NCBI GenBank assembly: GCA_030704615.1
Contig: CM060732.1
Span: 19,344,001 to 19,408,000, forward strand
Source of the DNA: Takakia lepidozioides
Taxonomy: Eukaryota > Plantae > Bryophyta
Direction: 5' to 3'
DNA: 64,000 nucleotides
Shown: piece by piece, positions 1 to 14,400 of the stretch
Numbering within the stretch: position 1 is the first letter of the stretch
Layout: each line of letters begins with the position of its first letter
The notes under the pieces: generated by a model
Database searches by the model: none
What the model saw: only the letters and a program-made list of their open reading frames with translations
What the model was told of the DNA's origin: nothing
Position numbers and translations under genes: made by a program

Positions 1-756
1 TTGCAGCAAGCATGTCCATTCATGACACTCGCAGTCCAACCATCGACGGTCGTGGTGGAAGACGTGGTGTTGGGGCCGGAATCTTTGTGGATGACATAAC
101 ACAGGAGGTCGATTATGATTCTGATGACTTTGACACTTGATATCAAGTTTTCTTTTACTTTTATTCGGGGCCAATTTTGAGATGGGATGGTGGTGTGTCC
201 TTGTTGTCATGTTTGCAATGTGTGCGTGGGATGCAAATTCCTGGGATCAAACTATCATTGGAGATAGGGGTTGTATGGACTGCCCGTATTGTTCCTTCAA
301 TCTCTTTAGTGTTTTCCGGAGCTCACAGTCTTGTGTGCATTGCAAAAACAAACAAACGTCTTTGGTTTGGGCAGTGCATTCTCGCATCATTTGTTCGTTG
401 GTCTCCAAACCATTCCAGCCAGAAGAATGCTTGGTAAATCCACCACGTTAAAGTCCACGTGATCAAAGATCGTTCAGGCATTCTTCTGCTAAGCATCCAT
501 GATGCTCCTGCACATACCATATATGTTGGCAGGGGTGGTAAGTAAGAAAACATTTCGCAGGGATCCGCTTTGGATGATGTGAGTGTGCACCTGCTCACGA
601 CGTAGCCACATTCCAATGCAAGGGCTTGGTATGTTAATAACGTCTAAATAGATGCAATGGATAGAAAGGATGGATACAATGGATGTAACACATCCAGTCT
701 GCATTCCCTGAAAATGGCTGATCAACTCGCGGTAATAGGTGACACCCGCGGAAATA

Positions 757-858
757 GGCCCTGTATGCATGCTGACGTGGCGTGAGCCTGTGTTGGGCTC
801 ACGGGCTCCTAGGCTCACTAGCTCACGCCTCCGGGCTCACGGAATAGCACCCCCCCTC
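757..858. repeat. Probable right terminus of a DNA transposon that truncates the LINE
   Basis: Clustered GCTCAC/GTGAGC motifs in both orientations end in GGAATAGCACCCCCCCTC|TA, exactly where LINE homology stops. The other end is not in the window. Confidence 0.4.
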
Positions 859-2960
859 TAGGGATCCACTTTGCCAACAGTGCCTTAAACTACGCCGAGG
901 GGTCAATGATACCTAGTCCACCTTTATTTTTCTTTTGGCACAATTGGTTCCATGAGAGCAAAGCCCTTCTTGATGGGGCTGCAGAAGTAGCTCCCCATAT
1001 GAAATTACAAATGAGTGCCTTAATTTCCTTGACCATGGCCTCATCTGGGTCCCAAACCGCCGCAGAAAACCACATTGATGCCTCCAAAACCTGGTTAGCA
1101 ACTAAAGCTCTACCCATAATGGAGAGCATTGCAGCACTCCAGAACGCCAGGTTTTTTTTTAGCCTAGCAAGCACATCTTTGAAGCGGTCATGATTTGACA
1201 TGTTCAGACCTATTTGATGCCCAACAGCTTGTGCGTTCGGCCCTCTTGCAGCCACCCAAGTCCTATATCTGCCCCCCATGGCTGACAGTGGGTTGTCGTT
1301 GCTTCATTATGCAGCTTGGACAAAATGCCCATTGATTTTTTCCAATTGACCTTGAGCCCTGTAGCCAGGCAGAAGGTGTGCAGAATTTGGAGTGCCTTGT
1401 CAACGTTGGCCTTTGTGGAGTTGTCCAGCAATAGAGTAGTGTCATCTGCATACATCGAGAGTTTCAGCATCTCCGGGGTCAGCGTGGGCAAGTGAAGGCC
1501 AATGATGTCTTGCCTGTAGTGCAACATGTGACCCAGCGAGTCCGCCGCTATGAGGAAGAGGAAGGGTGCCAGGGGGCAACCCTGCCGCACCGATCTGGAA
1601 ATGCGAAAGGGCCTCGATATAACCCCATTAACCATGACCTTGCTGGATGCTGCATGCAAGAGGATGTGGACCCATGTCAGGAAAGGCCCCCCCAGCCCTG
1701 ATTTCTCCATAGCCCCTTCCAAAAAAGTCCAATCAATGGAGTCAAAGGCCTTTTCAAAATCAAGCATTAAGAAGGCCAAGGGCTGGCTGTTTATTTTTGC
1801 TCTGTGAAGGGGCCTCGTGGGCCAGCAAGATGTTGTCTAAGATCATCCGATCTTTGAGAAAGCCAGTCTGCTCTTTCCTAATAATTTTCGGCAGGAGGGG
1901 CTGCAACCTCAAGGCCAGGGTCTTTGCGATAATCTTGTAAGTTGAGCTTAGCAAAGTGATTGGCCGGTAGTTGGCCAAATCTTCTCTATCTCCTTTCTTA
2001 AAGACTAGAGTAATGAGACCTTCCACCATCTGCGAGGGCATTATCTGTTTTACCAGAATATCATTAGCCATAAGGAGGAAGTCCTCCCCAATTGTATGCC
2101 ATAGTGCTTTAAAAAGTTCAATTGGGAGACCATCCAGTCCTGGCGATTTTTGCGAAGCCAAAGTGTTGACCGCCTGCCCCAATTCATACACGGACAGGGG
2201 GGCCGCCAGGTTTGATTTGTCCAGTTGAGAGATCGAACAGGGGATGTGGTGCAGCAGGGCTGCAGTTGCTTCTTGTTTCTGCTGCGAAACATCTTGCCTT
2301 TGAAACAGAGCTTGAAAATATGAGGCTGCCACTTCTGCCATGATTTTTGGCTTATCCACCAAAAGTCCATCTGCATCTCGCAAAGCTGGGACCATTGTGG
2401 CAACTCGCCGCTGCGCAACCTTAACAAAGAAATATCTATTCATCTTTTCCCTTTTAAGGCTCCAATTGACTCCAGCCTTGACTCTGGAGAATTGCTCCTT
2501 GGCATGTAACAGCGTGGAGAGGTTTCTCTTGGCATCCTTGTATGCAATTATGGTGTGCGCTCCCTCCAGACCCAACTGCAGCTTAAACTGGCAGACTTCC
2601 AAGCACTTAGTCAGAGCCTTTTGCCTTCTAGTATTGTCATCTGCCTTCTCCCTTGCCATGACTTTACAAAGGTCTCTTAACAATTCCATCTTCACCAAGA
2701 AACTGACGGTGGGTGAGGCTAGCTAGGTGGTTGCCGATTCCTAGGCATTTTGAAGGGTCTGAATGACGAGGGGATCTTGCAGCATGATGGGGTTTAGCTT
2801 GGAAAAACCCCTGCCTCTCACCCTGGACCTCGGGGTGTTGAGCATCAATTGCACCATGGCATGGTCAAACACATTCATAAGTGATCGTATTGATACAGCG
2901 GACATATGATCGAGGATTGTGCTCCGTGGGCTTATTCTTTCCTTTGCTCCCAACATCAAC
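858..2960 (-). mobile_element. Degenerate L1/Tx1-like LINE ORF2 (end of endonuclease region plus reverse transcriptase), truncated at both ends
   Basis: Overlapping frameshifted ORFs 2741-2959, 1760-2698, 1210-1779 and 890-1279 carry LINE RT motifs KSPGLDG, NYRPITLL, EQTGF, LDFEKAFD, VRQGCPLAP, MYADD, KKNKGGLGI, then FKALLAKWI, cut off at ~858. Confidence 0.93.
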
Positions 2961-3114
2961 TCTGCTTGGTTACCAAGATGTTATCGTCTTATGGCCCGAT
3001 GTTCTGTTTATTTTTCCATGACTATCTAATCTCTTCAAAGGCCACCACTGTCCCTTTTTTTTCCCGTCTTCTTAAACCAAAATATTTAAAAAAAATAGAT
3101 TAAATGTCCGACTC

Positions 3115-3310
3115 TTTTTTTCTTTTGGTTTCCAAGGAAACACCAGCCGCAGCTACTGGACCTTGAGGGGGAAAGTAAACCCCCTTTTTGAGCCATGGAG
3201 GCATTACAGGGGCAGAACCCCAGCCCGAAGGCAGAGAGACAGATGACAGGATTTGAACCCTAGACCCGCAGGCCAGTACATTCAAATGGGCCACAGCCCA
3301 ATTGTGTTGA
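3115..3310 (-). repeat. tRNA-derived SINE-like element
   Basis: On the minus strand: Pol III B-box GGTTCAAATCC (3249-3259), 3' TTCCCCCTCAAGG...GTTTCCTT and an A-rich tail. The 3' end resembles 30878-31095. Confidence 0.45.
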
Positions 3311-4539
3311 TTATTTGTTTGATCAGACTCCCTCACTTTAGTAGTCACCTCCACCAATTTGAAAGATGCAAAGCTCCGTAGGGTTGAGAACAAGGCGTGA
3401 GATACACGGAGGCCCTGCCATTGTTTTACTGATATGAAGTTTTATGGGATGATGTTATGGCTAACAAGGCGTGACATACACTTAAGCCCTATTGTTGACT
3501 AATTTGGTATTCAATAGGAGTGCACATACATATCGGTCTTTCACCTATATACCAATACAACACTGGACTCTATTTTTAAAAGTAACAAAATTAAAAAATC
3601 ATTAAAATAAAAATAAAAATACTAAAATATATGTACTATTTACATATAGCATATTAAATATATATCTTCATATTATTATATTATGTCCTCATTCATAACT
3701 TATCACCTGCCTTTTTGGCAATGAGGGGGGAAAAAAAAATGGCGTTGTGGGCTTGAGTAGAACACATAAAGAACATGAGGAACCTCTAATCACTTGGGAT
3801 ATAAACACATATTACCATTTGATCTATGAATAGATGAATATACATAGACAATCAGCCATGAATAGAACACATTAAAAACATAAGGAGCATGTGACCCACT
3901 CCAGGTATAAGGCACTTCCCGTTGCATATGCATGCATACTAATGTAGTCACTGCTCAAGGCCAACAAAAAATGTGCCCAACTGGGAACTAAAAACTTTCA
4001 TGTTCCCATTAAGTCTCATGGGAACAACCCATGATATAAGGTTAAGGTCACTTTGGCCAACTTGATCCGTAGTCCCTACCCTGTCGGGCAGGGCCTACAA
4101 ACAAAAGCTTGCCTAGCTCCCGCCCTCGCTTTTGCGCATCTCATGTGGGACGTAACTTATGCGGAAACTGTTGTGTCCAGTTCCAACGGAAGACAGTAGC
4201 CCCCCGGGAAGAAGAGACACCACAATTTACGCTTCCTTGGGGTGCCTTGCATTACAAACTCCACCATCACATATTTGCTCACACCATGTGTCGACCAGCC
4301 AAATGCCCACAAGACACAGTGCAACACATGGCAGTGACTTATTTCTGTTTATTGCAAAAACAGGCGGACCGGAACTACTCAACAACTGCCGAGATTTGAC
4401 GGCGCAGGGGCAGCGGCCACACGTCCTTTCTCTCGCTCACAATAACGCCGTGACATGACACGACTCCAATCACGGAAAACAAACATTATTCTGCGGTCCA
4501 CAACTCCATCCTAGGTTTTTACTGCACCACCACCATATC

Positions 4540-4685
4540 CACCTTGACGTTTCTGGGTTCAAATCCAGCCACCTGGTCGGCGGAATATGACGCCAACCGG
4601 AGTCAGTGTAAATAAGAGCTTCTTCCCTTGCGGGTACGGCCTCCGTTGGGTGGTGTGCTAGGTAATTGGGGTAATTGGGCTCTCT
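4540..4685 (+). repeat. Short dispersed repeat, SINE-like
   Basis: B-box GGTTCAAATCC at 4556-4566. The segment GACGCCAACCGGAG...GTAAATAAGAGC.TCTTCCCTT recurs at 19807-19885. Confidence 0.45.
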
Positions 4686-5470
4686 ACCTACTTAGGCGGT
4701 GTCCCGTGAGCCTTGTGCTTGCTCACGTTCTTTCTTTTTGTTTTCCTTGCAAAGAAGGGGTTGTGAGGTGGTGTTCGAAAACACAATGCGTGACATAGAC
4801 GGATCTTGCCATCATGAAATGGATGTAGGTATCGTGAATAATAATATTTGTACAATAAGAGAGTCGAGAGAAAAGAGGGCATTGAAAACAGAAAAAAACA
4901 ATAAACGACAAGGGAGGGGGCGGGGGTGGGCCCTGTGCGCGGCTCCGAGTCAGCGAGCCTGCTTGCTTGTGTTTCTGGCGTGACGAACCTTCGGCACTCT
5001 CTGGATCTTTCTTCGCTTCTTGTCATTACGTCCTCGCTGCGTCTTCGCTTGCCTCTCTTGCCATTGCTGCACAAGCGACTGCTTTTTCAGGGATCCGCAG
5101 GATGAGAATTGCTGGTTTTTTATGGCCTTCTGCAGGAGTGCTTGAGGCTGCTTCGGTTCTTGGAGAGCAGCTGTAGGCCGCGGATCTATGAATGCTGGTT
5201 CACCATGCCATTACTCTTGGCTTTGTATTTTCTTTCGGGTAAGCGAGTAGTGCATTGAGGAGTATTGAGCTTTGCAGGTGAGTAGCATAGCGGAGCAAAA
5301 ATGGGACTCTGGGAACGCTGCAGATGGGGCTCTGGGGCTCAAGAAGCGTGAAATGGGCTCCTGGTCAGGAAAGAATGAGGGCAGGATTGATGGGTTCAAG
5401 GGAGGGTTGAGCTCCGATGTAGGTAGGGCCCGAGAGAAACAACCACGGGCTTGACGAGGCAGGGGAAGAG

Positions 5471-8400
5471 ATGACCTCCGTGGACAATCTCCTGGGTGGA
5501 TGCAACCATGTGTGTCCTTGGCATCCTTTCCCTCTCTCCTGCGTTCCTGCAGAAGCTACTACTCCGAGAGTTCCTGCCGATCTTCCTTTGACAAGTCGGA
5601 GTCAGAGCAGCGCATCCGCTAAAGAGAATGCCTCCGTTACCAGCAGTGCTTTTGCAGCTGCTACCTGTCAGTCTGCTCGTACGTACCACTCGACTCCTTC
5701 GGCGACCCCTTCGCTGCCTCCCCTTGGGGCTTTACCATCATCGTGTTCGTCTCTTGGGCCTCAAGCGTCACCGGATAACCCTCTCGTTGCTGCCGAGCTC
5801 CCACCGACAAATCAGAGCAGCACTTCCCCTAAAGAGAATTACTTCGTTACCACCACCTCTTCTGGAGCTGCTCTGTACTACTCGGCTCCTTCGGCAAGCC
5901 CTTCGCTGCCTTCCCTTGGGGCTTTTTCATCATCAGTGCGCACTCCAATTTTCCCTCCTTCCATCGCCCCAACCCATCTAGACCCAGCTGTTCCCCATTC
6001 TGATTTGGCCAGAGAACTCAAAGCTCCGGAGGATCCTCTCTGTTGCACTGCTGCTAGTGCTGCAACTTTTGGAACAAACCTCTTCTCCCGTAGTCCTCCC
6101 AGTCTTCCCCGGAACCCTGTCAGCCAGTCCTTGATTTTGGAGTCACCTGGTTTTGCATTAGACAGTTCGAATAGAGAATCAGTTGAGCATTGGCAGAGGA
6201 AGACCGAAGCACTTCTTTTGGAAAATGAACAGCTTCGTCAACAAATAAGAAGCTCAGTTATACTGAGGTCTGGCTTAGTGCCCAAGGAAGGTGGGAACAA
6301 TATTGTAAATGTCGATGGAGGGATGATGACTTCACTTGAAAGCAGCAGGAGCAAAGCAGATGAGGATGTAATGAGACACGATGAGGAGTTTCATAGTTGT
6401 TCTTGGAGGGAGCTTGCGGAAGATCTTCAAGCTCAACTGGAATTGTGTGAAGCGAGAGAGGCCTCCCATGGATGGGATTGTCTTGATGCCAGTGCAGTTT
6501 TGGAAAGGACTCGCAGAATTGAGCTTCTCCTTCAGATGGTTTTCAAAGACATACCTATCATTATTTCGTTGTGTGATAAAGACTTGCGGTACACTTACGT
6601 CAAGTAAGATCTTCTCTCCCATTCTCAAAAGCCTTTTATTGTACAGAGTATAAAATATTTATTTGGCATGAATGCCTGCACTCCATTGCAGATAAATTGT
6701 GAATGAAAAACCCATCCAGCAATGAAACTGTATTAGTTGGTGACTTCCCTAGAGTTGTTTTGCACTCTAGACTATGGATCAAGTCTACTTCATAATTATT
6801 GTTTAATTCAAAGGAAACTTGGCCGGTTTGGGTTGAGTCCAAAGAGTTAGACCTTAAACCACACTGACCTGATTTTCTCTTGCAGGTTTGTATGCATGTC
6901 TCCATCTGAGGTTCATCCTGAGGTGGGTACCTTGTGACATGACTTTCGAACAATATGATGCATGGAGTAAAACTAGAGCAGTTGTTATCTCTGTCGTGGA
7001 GCAATCAGTTTATGCAATAACTGAAGTATGACATATTGCCAATCTTTGGGGTTGCTATTTCACCCATCAAGGGGAGTGCATCAACTAACAATTGTTCCAA
7101 TTGTATCTGAGGACAGAATATAAAGGGGATGAAGGATACGGAGCTTGTTGGGGTCATTCCAGGAGCTCTGGAAATGATGAAAATAAAGCAAGAGGTTCTA
7201 CAATCAAGAGTGGCACAGCAAAGAGAGTTCACAATCCCCATGGATGATGGCAGCACAAAATGGCTGGTCGTCACCTGTGAGCCTATTTGCAGTAAAGCGG
7301 GCCATATACTTGGCGTGACGACTGCTTCAATGGATGTTACTGAGCAGGTATGCAAGTTTGTCTAGAAGATAGTTATTGACATTTTGGTGTTGACACCAAT
7401 AATTGAGGAGCTGGTGTTACGGTGTTTTTTAGTATAATGATTCTGCATGACTGTAGATCAACCTGTGCATCCTTATCTTGAATTTGGAATTCTCTGGAGC
7501 TATAGGCAATCGCAAGAGAGAGGCTCGCCCAGATGAGAGAAGAAATGGCTGTGCGTGAAGCAACTGAGAAGGAACTGCGCCGTGCCATAACAGCAGCAGG
7601 TATTATTTGATTTGATTTGATTTGATTTTTTAATTTTCCCTTCCTACGTGTCCTTTCTTGGCTGAAAATCTCTCCTGACATCGTCGTGTAAACTTTTTTA
7701 AGCTCAGTTGTGTTTTTGCTTCGATTATTGTCCACAATGCGGCTACCTTTCTCACAGCAGCAGCCCTTTTGATTGTAGGCACCTTATGGGCCTATGGTGT
7801 CGTGCTGTACCAATCAGATGAACATTCATCGCATAATGTTGTTTGTTTTAGGAAGTGCCTTGATTTCTGCTAATGCTAGCACAGTCCAACCTTGAATCAC
7901 TGTGGTGCAATTAATTAGGGATGTGCATAGAGGGTGGAGCCAATAGTGACTTTGATGTCAGGTCTTAGGCAGATTAACTTCTGTGGGCTTTTGTTCTTCT
8001 GAAATAGAACCTCGTGTTGGTCTCTGACAACCTCTTGGTGCTAGTGCACTTGTTGGTAATTGATCTCTCTCTCACTAGATGGGGTGAAATAAAGTCTCGA
8101 AGCTCGTACTTGCTCAATAGGAAAGTGTATTTCATGGTTTCTCTTCCAGGACTGTTTTGTGCTACCAGTGTATAGGCAGTGTTTTGTGTCAAGTTGATGC
8201 CTGACTGCAAGGTGGGATTGCCTTCAGATGAAGCAATGGAGGCCAAAAACAATTTTCTTGCCGTAATGTCTCATGAGATCCGAACTCCTCTCAATGGTGT
8301 TCTTGGTGAGAGAATCAATGTCCCTATATCTGTCTTTTTAGGCAACTCTACCCTGTTGAGTACCTTAAAAAGCTAATCTTGCAGCAGGTGCCCATGCCTA

Positions 8401-11400
8401 ATTATGCTTGGGGGTGCCTAGTAAGAATCTTGAAGTTGTGGACTATTATATGACAACTAGGTCCAAAAAACAATTGCGGGCTCATCTAAATAGTATTCCA
8501 CTTTTGGAGCAGATACCTTTCAACCTAGACAAGAACAACAAGAATGGCACTCCGTTTGGGTGTACCAATGAAGGAATGTTGTCATTGTTTGCATGAAAGG
8601 AATTTCCATTTCACAATGGAAATGTCTTTGTGCACTCAGTGTGTTGATGGCAATACTTTTTGTGGTCTTGCAGAACTTCTGACAGTGAACTATCTTTGTG
8701 TAGTCACATTCATGTATGGGTTGTGAGCTTTTGTTTCCTTATGTTGTCGTTGTGATTGCTTGGAAACTCACCAATCTCAAAGCAAATTATGGAGTGGAGA
8801 GTGCACAACAAGATCATTACATTAAGGGGATTATCTTTGCTGAGCTTTTCGGATTTTTCGCTTAACACAGAACTCCAGTGGGCATATGTAGATGTGAGTC
8901 TTGGCATGATCACATGAGGCCTAATGTTTTGTGACGTTTGTGACAGGAATGGCCCAAATTTTAGCAACCACACCTTTGGATGTAGAACAAAAGGAGTTGG
9001 TGGATGCTATGGTGTTCAGTGGGGATGTATTACTTGCCATCATCTCGGACATTCTTGATCTCAGCAAAGTTGAGGCAGGTTGGTTAATAGCCTTCTTGGT
9101 ACTGGATATCTAAGGTTTTGTGGATCTGATGTCTGAGGATATGCTTCTGTGGAGCTCTAATTGAATGTTAGTCCTTTATGGGAGAGACGTTCGGTTGGAT
9201 TGTCCCAGTACGCGTATGCTTTTCAAGAAATCAAGAATTGTACTCCAGACTTGCAAGTACATATATGATATTTCAGCTCTCTCTCTTTGCAACGTATGAC
9301 TAATATCAGATATCCTAAGTTAATCAACTCTATATCTTGGAAGCAGGATCGCCCTGTCAAACAGGCTAAGTATGTCCGTGTTCTCTATGATTTGAATGCT
9401 AGAATGATGTCTTGGCTGAGCCTTCCCATGTTGACACAGAAAGTTAGTATGTTTGCACCCTCTGCTTGGAGTCAATGGGAAGTTATGACAGCTGGTCACT
9501 GTTGTATAGGATGTAGTGGGTCTGTCTTGTTCTCATGGATTGACTCTCTAAGTGATGGGATAGCTTTCATTTCCCTCCTTTTTCTCGTTGTTTCTTTTCC
9601 TTGTGATTTTGTCCTGGTGTGTATGTTTCATTGCAAATGCTCTTCTTTACGGTGGATGTGGTGATCTTTCATCTTTGTGATATATATTCCAGCACAGAGC
9701 CATGGCTTGTCAGGTGGAGAGACTAAGTCCAGACTCTTTGGCTTTGGGTGATGTAGCCTTTGATCCTCCTTGTCGTACTATACATGCAAACAACTATCGC
9801 TTAGAAGGTTGAGACTTAGGTCCACATTCTTCCAGCTTTTGTGAGCTGACTGGTGGAAACCAATGGCATGCACTGGCTTGTTGTTCATCAGACAGGAGAT
9901 AGTGTGAGAGAATTTGCATCCCTCTCTAGGTAGTGTGCATGTCCATGGCCTTAGGTTTCTCACATGTGCTGAAGGTACAATGGAGTTGGAGGAGAGCGAG
10001 TTCAATCCCAGATACGTTGTAAAGCATGTGGTGAGGACAGCCATAGCTGCTACAAGGGAGCGTGGAATCAGCATTCAAGCATATATTGCAGATGATGTTC
10101 CTTCTGTGGTAACATTTGAATCCCTGTGTGCTGAAGTACATAAGTTTGGGTGATTTTTTGTAGCACTATACCCACTTTGTATAAGATTGGATCCTAATGC
10201 ATACTGGAAATCTCTCCCTGTAAGGATCCACCTTGCTGCAAATTTTGTTTTCTGATTTCTACATTGGGCTTCCCAGGACGCAGTGTTTTTCCATTCCTTT
10301 GTTTCTTTGTGTCTTTCTTTCTTGTCTCCTCTCTCTCATTTCATTTCATTTGTTCTTCCTCTGTCCCTGGTGGCCCTAGTGGAGGTTATAGATTTTCTTC
10401 TTCTCCATCTCTCTGTTTACTTGGCCCGCTAGGCATCCCATGTGTACAAAAGATTCTGTCTTTCTCTCGCTATTACCTGTCCAGGGACAGCCAATGAGAC
10501 CTTACTGAGGTCTTTCATTAGGACCTGAAATGCCCTGCAGCTCTCTACCTTAGAGAATCTCTTAACGTTGAACCTTGAATGTGATTTTTGGGTTGCTTGC
10601 TGAGGGCCCCTCTTTCTTCTTGTATGATTCCTTCTTTTGTCTCTCATAAGCTATGTGGGCTTCTCATTGACGGCATAAAGTTCCTTTCCTTCCGGTTTCT
10701 TTCCTTTATCACTCCAGCTTAGATCACCTTCACAAGTTGAGTAGTTTTTAGATGTGCTGGAGGCTGGTTATCTTTTTTAATCTTTTCACAACAAGTTCCT
10801 TGGGTCATCACAAGGGAGAGGAAAGCAAAAACAGAGTTTATTAGGCTCTCCCATTGCCATATGTTTTTTTCAGAAATGGGAATGTGTTTTATTTGCGTAC
10901 AATGTTGGCTAGACATCTGCACACCTGGTGTGCAATCATGTTGACAGAGAATTACTGATTATCAGGTCATTGGTGACCCTCTCCGCCTCAAGCAAGTCAT
11001 CACGAATCTGGTGATTCCTTCACCCCAGCCTTAGCTCTATTCAACTGCAACTTAAAGACGAGTGATTTGATCTATCAAAACCACCATTCAGCACACCACC
11101 CATCCACATGGAGGATCAGACAGTCTTTTCAATATCGTACTTCATGTTCTGAGTTGTTGCCAGTGCAAATGCGGACAGGTGAGGACCGTCAAGCATAGTA
11201 AGTAATACTGGTAAACTTTTGAAACTTAGCTGGTAGGAGTAGTTGTCCGATTTACATTGCTGTATGCTGTGTGGCTATATTCAAGTTGTTTGCTTGAACA
11301 AAATCAAACAGGTGTTCAATGCAGTCAAGTTCACCAAAAGGGGCTATGTCAAGGTGGGGGTTCGGACATTGAAACCCCACATTCCACGGCTTAAGACTCA

Positions 11401-14400
11401 GCTATCTGTAGGCTCTACAAGCAGTTCCAGTGAAGTTGTTGGCATGGATCCTGACTTTGGCGAGGCAGAGAAACCTGCATCAAGCTTTGTGTACACTCGT
11501 GCTGGAGGTGTGCAGAGGAGAGAATGTTCTCAGGAAGCAGGACTTCCCAATGAGTGGGACCCGCTTCTGGAGGGGGGCCGGAGAGATATTCCAGAACTGG
11601 TAACAGTTGAGGGAGATGCACGTGGCTTTTGTCAAGGTGGTCCCCTTTATCAAAGCAGCAGTTGAATACTGGTTATGCAAGTATTGACTTCTTCTGTTCT
11701 CAATTCAAGCTCTATCACTCTCTAGTGTCGGGTGGGTTGAGGTTTCAAAGTGTTTCATGCACATTGCATTCATGATCTTCAAATCTTGGTTGACACTTGT
11801 AATAGATTGACTCTTTCGTTCCTACAAGTGAGGCATTCAAGTAGCAATTGGCCTTGTGTAAGCATAATTTCTGTTGAAAGAAGACCGTTCTTGTGTCAAG
11901 TTTGTCTACACTGTTGTTTTTCCTCATTTAGTTGAAGGTGGTAGCTGTTCATCAATTTCTTTTACACTGAAAGCAAGAGTCTTGGGGTAGATGGGGCAGT
12001 AAGACAAGACCACACTGGGGTAGCCAACATTCGGAATACTATTATCAAGGTGCACAGTGCGGGAGATTTAATTCTGGACTCCTTGCGGCGAGTTCATGGA
12101 CAGGTGCGTGTTTATGCAGGTCATATTTAATATAGGTGGTGTGACAGTCCAGTACAGCCAATGGATGTTCTGGGAAGAGAGAAACTTATTAGTACCAGAG
12201 TTGGATTACCTCCTCAACATTTGTACACAGCAAGAAAAACTGAAGTATGATAAGACCAGAAAATGTGCCGTGATCCAGGGAAAGTAGGAGGTATTGAGTT
12301 ATCGGGAATATATTACCATTGGAATTACTAGCCCTCCCAGAGCCATTGATGGGTTTTTAGCCGACTAGGATAGGTGAGACCCATCTTGAAATTTCCAGAG
12401 CACTTGAACACCAACATGACGATATGAGCATCACTTCTCCAGTGGTGGTTCCAGCTCTGCTATTGTAGCCCCAAATTTAACCGCAGTTTTGTGTAATCTA
12501 TGGCCACCCAGAGAGTGACATCTATGAGTGTGGTGGGATGAAATAGTTGCAGGGTCCTCTCTTTCGTTTTGTCTTACCAGCTATAATACTTGGTCATGCA
12601 CAGGAAGTTGAGGAGGCTGGAGTGGAGGTGGAACCTAGTAGTGACATCTGGCTTGAATATGAGATTGAGGACACTGGCATAGGTGTGTTATGGTTCGCTA
12701 AACATCTTTTTTCAAACTGTTTTAAGTATGCATGTATATTGATTTTTGGTCGTCTTTCTTGCCTTTTGAAGTGCAAAGAGGAAGGGTGGATCTAGGAATG
12801 GAAAGCGAGTGATGAGTAAGCAATAGAAAGGGGTGGGTTGGGTTATATGTGTATGTGAGTGTGTCTTATAGTCAGGCCTAGTCACACGTGGTTTCTGTGC
12901 AAAGAGACAAAAGAAGTTCATAGGAAGGTGCTGGTTGTAATCGATGTTGCGGCAAACTGTGCTGGCGAAGATTGAGCGGTCCATCTAAGGTTCCCTCGGG
13001 GCTTGTTTGTGAAGGCATACCAAGGGAGGCATTCCCCACATTGTTTGAGAAATTTACACAAGTCCATTCATCAACTACACGGAAGTATGGAGGAACTGGT
13101 TTAGGTTTGGCGATCTGCAAGCAGCTGGTATGCGTTCCTAGAGTCCTTGATGGATTCATCAAGATATTGAACAACGATCTAGTTAGAGCTGCATCAATTT
13201 TAGGATTTTCTTTCTGTTCGCACTATATATGACACCTGTCCTCTCCTGTTTGTAAGCACCCTGTCCCTTCCTTGCATTTGTTTTGATTGATGGCGGGGAT
13301 GTGCTCTGGAAGGTTGATTGAGTACACCCGAGAGTGTGTCCTTCACATATACAAGTGTTGGGTCAAATGTCATGGCCAACAGTTGCTGTGTAACAGCAGC
13401 ATAATATAAGAGACATTGGTGATATGGAGCCTTCTTGCAGGCTGATCAGGAAGTTGCCATAGCTTGTCAGAGCTGACTATCAGTTTTTGGCTACAGGCAG
13501 TGGCAATCCAGCTGATAAACTGACCGACACTGGATTTTCAATGCAGAATTGCCAGTTAATATGCAGGGCAGCAGCTAGCTGATCAGCTGTAGTCACAGTT
13601 TGATCAATAGCTCACCATATTTGTATACGTCAGGAAGAATAAATATTCTGTCTCTCTTCCCCTACACTGACTATAGGCATCAGCAATCAAGAATTATCCA
13701 ATAATTCATATCAGCTAGAAGTGTCAGGGTCATCAGATAGTTTCCCTGAATACTCCAGCACCATGGATCTTCCATCTTCTGGCCTTGCACAGGGAGTTGG
13801 CCAGCTTGAAGGAAGTTCTCAACAGGAGCAATGGGCAATCAACCTTAAAAGCCCTATATTCTGCAACACTACTGGAACTTCTTGAAGGTAGATGGGTGGG
13901 GTTCTGGTAATGTAGTGCCCTGTCCGCTTAAGAGCTTCAGAGTATGTGATCTATATAGTTCTGAATGGATTTAGTGGATCTTTTGTGTGTCTGACGTAAT
14001 ATCTTAAAATGAGTGGGGTGAAACTTGTCTGTTCCAGGTGGAACTGATGGGTGGTCAAATCTCAGTTTCCAGCAATGTGGGGAAGGGCTCCATATTTACC
14101 TTCTCGGTGCGTTGTAAACGCCCTTCTCCACCAATAGGTGTGGCCATCATCAAGTCAGTTAGTGAAACGCGGCTCAAGGGAAATCTCTCTCATTCTACAG
14201 CTCGTGTGCGTAAGCTGCAAGCAGGCATGCCAAGTCCTTCCCCCACATTCAAGAAGTGCATAAACTTCCAATCCTCAGATGTTGTTGTCACAACTTCACA
14301 AAAGAAACTTCCAAGAGGCTCATTAAAGTTGCGCAACTGCAATGATGCTGAGGGTATTTGTCCGATGGGCTGGGAGGAATGCACGTTAAATATGAAGGGG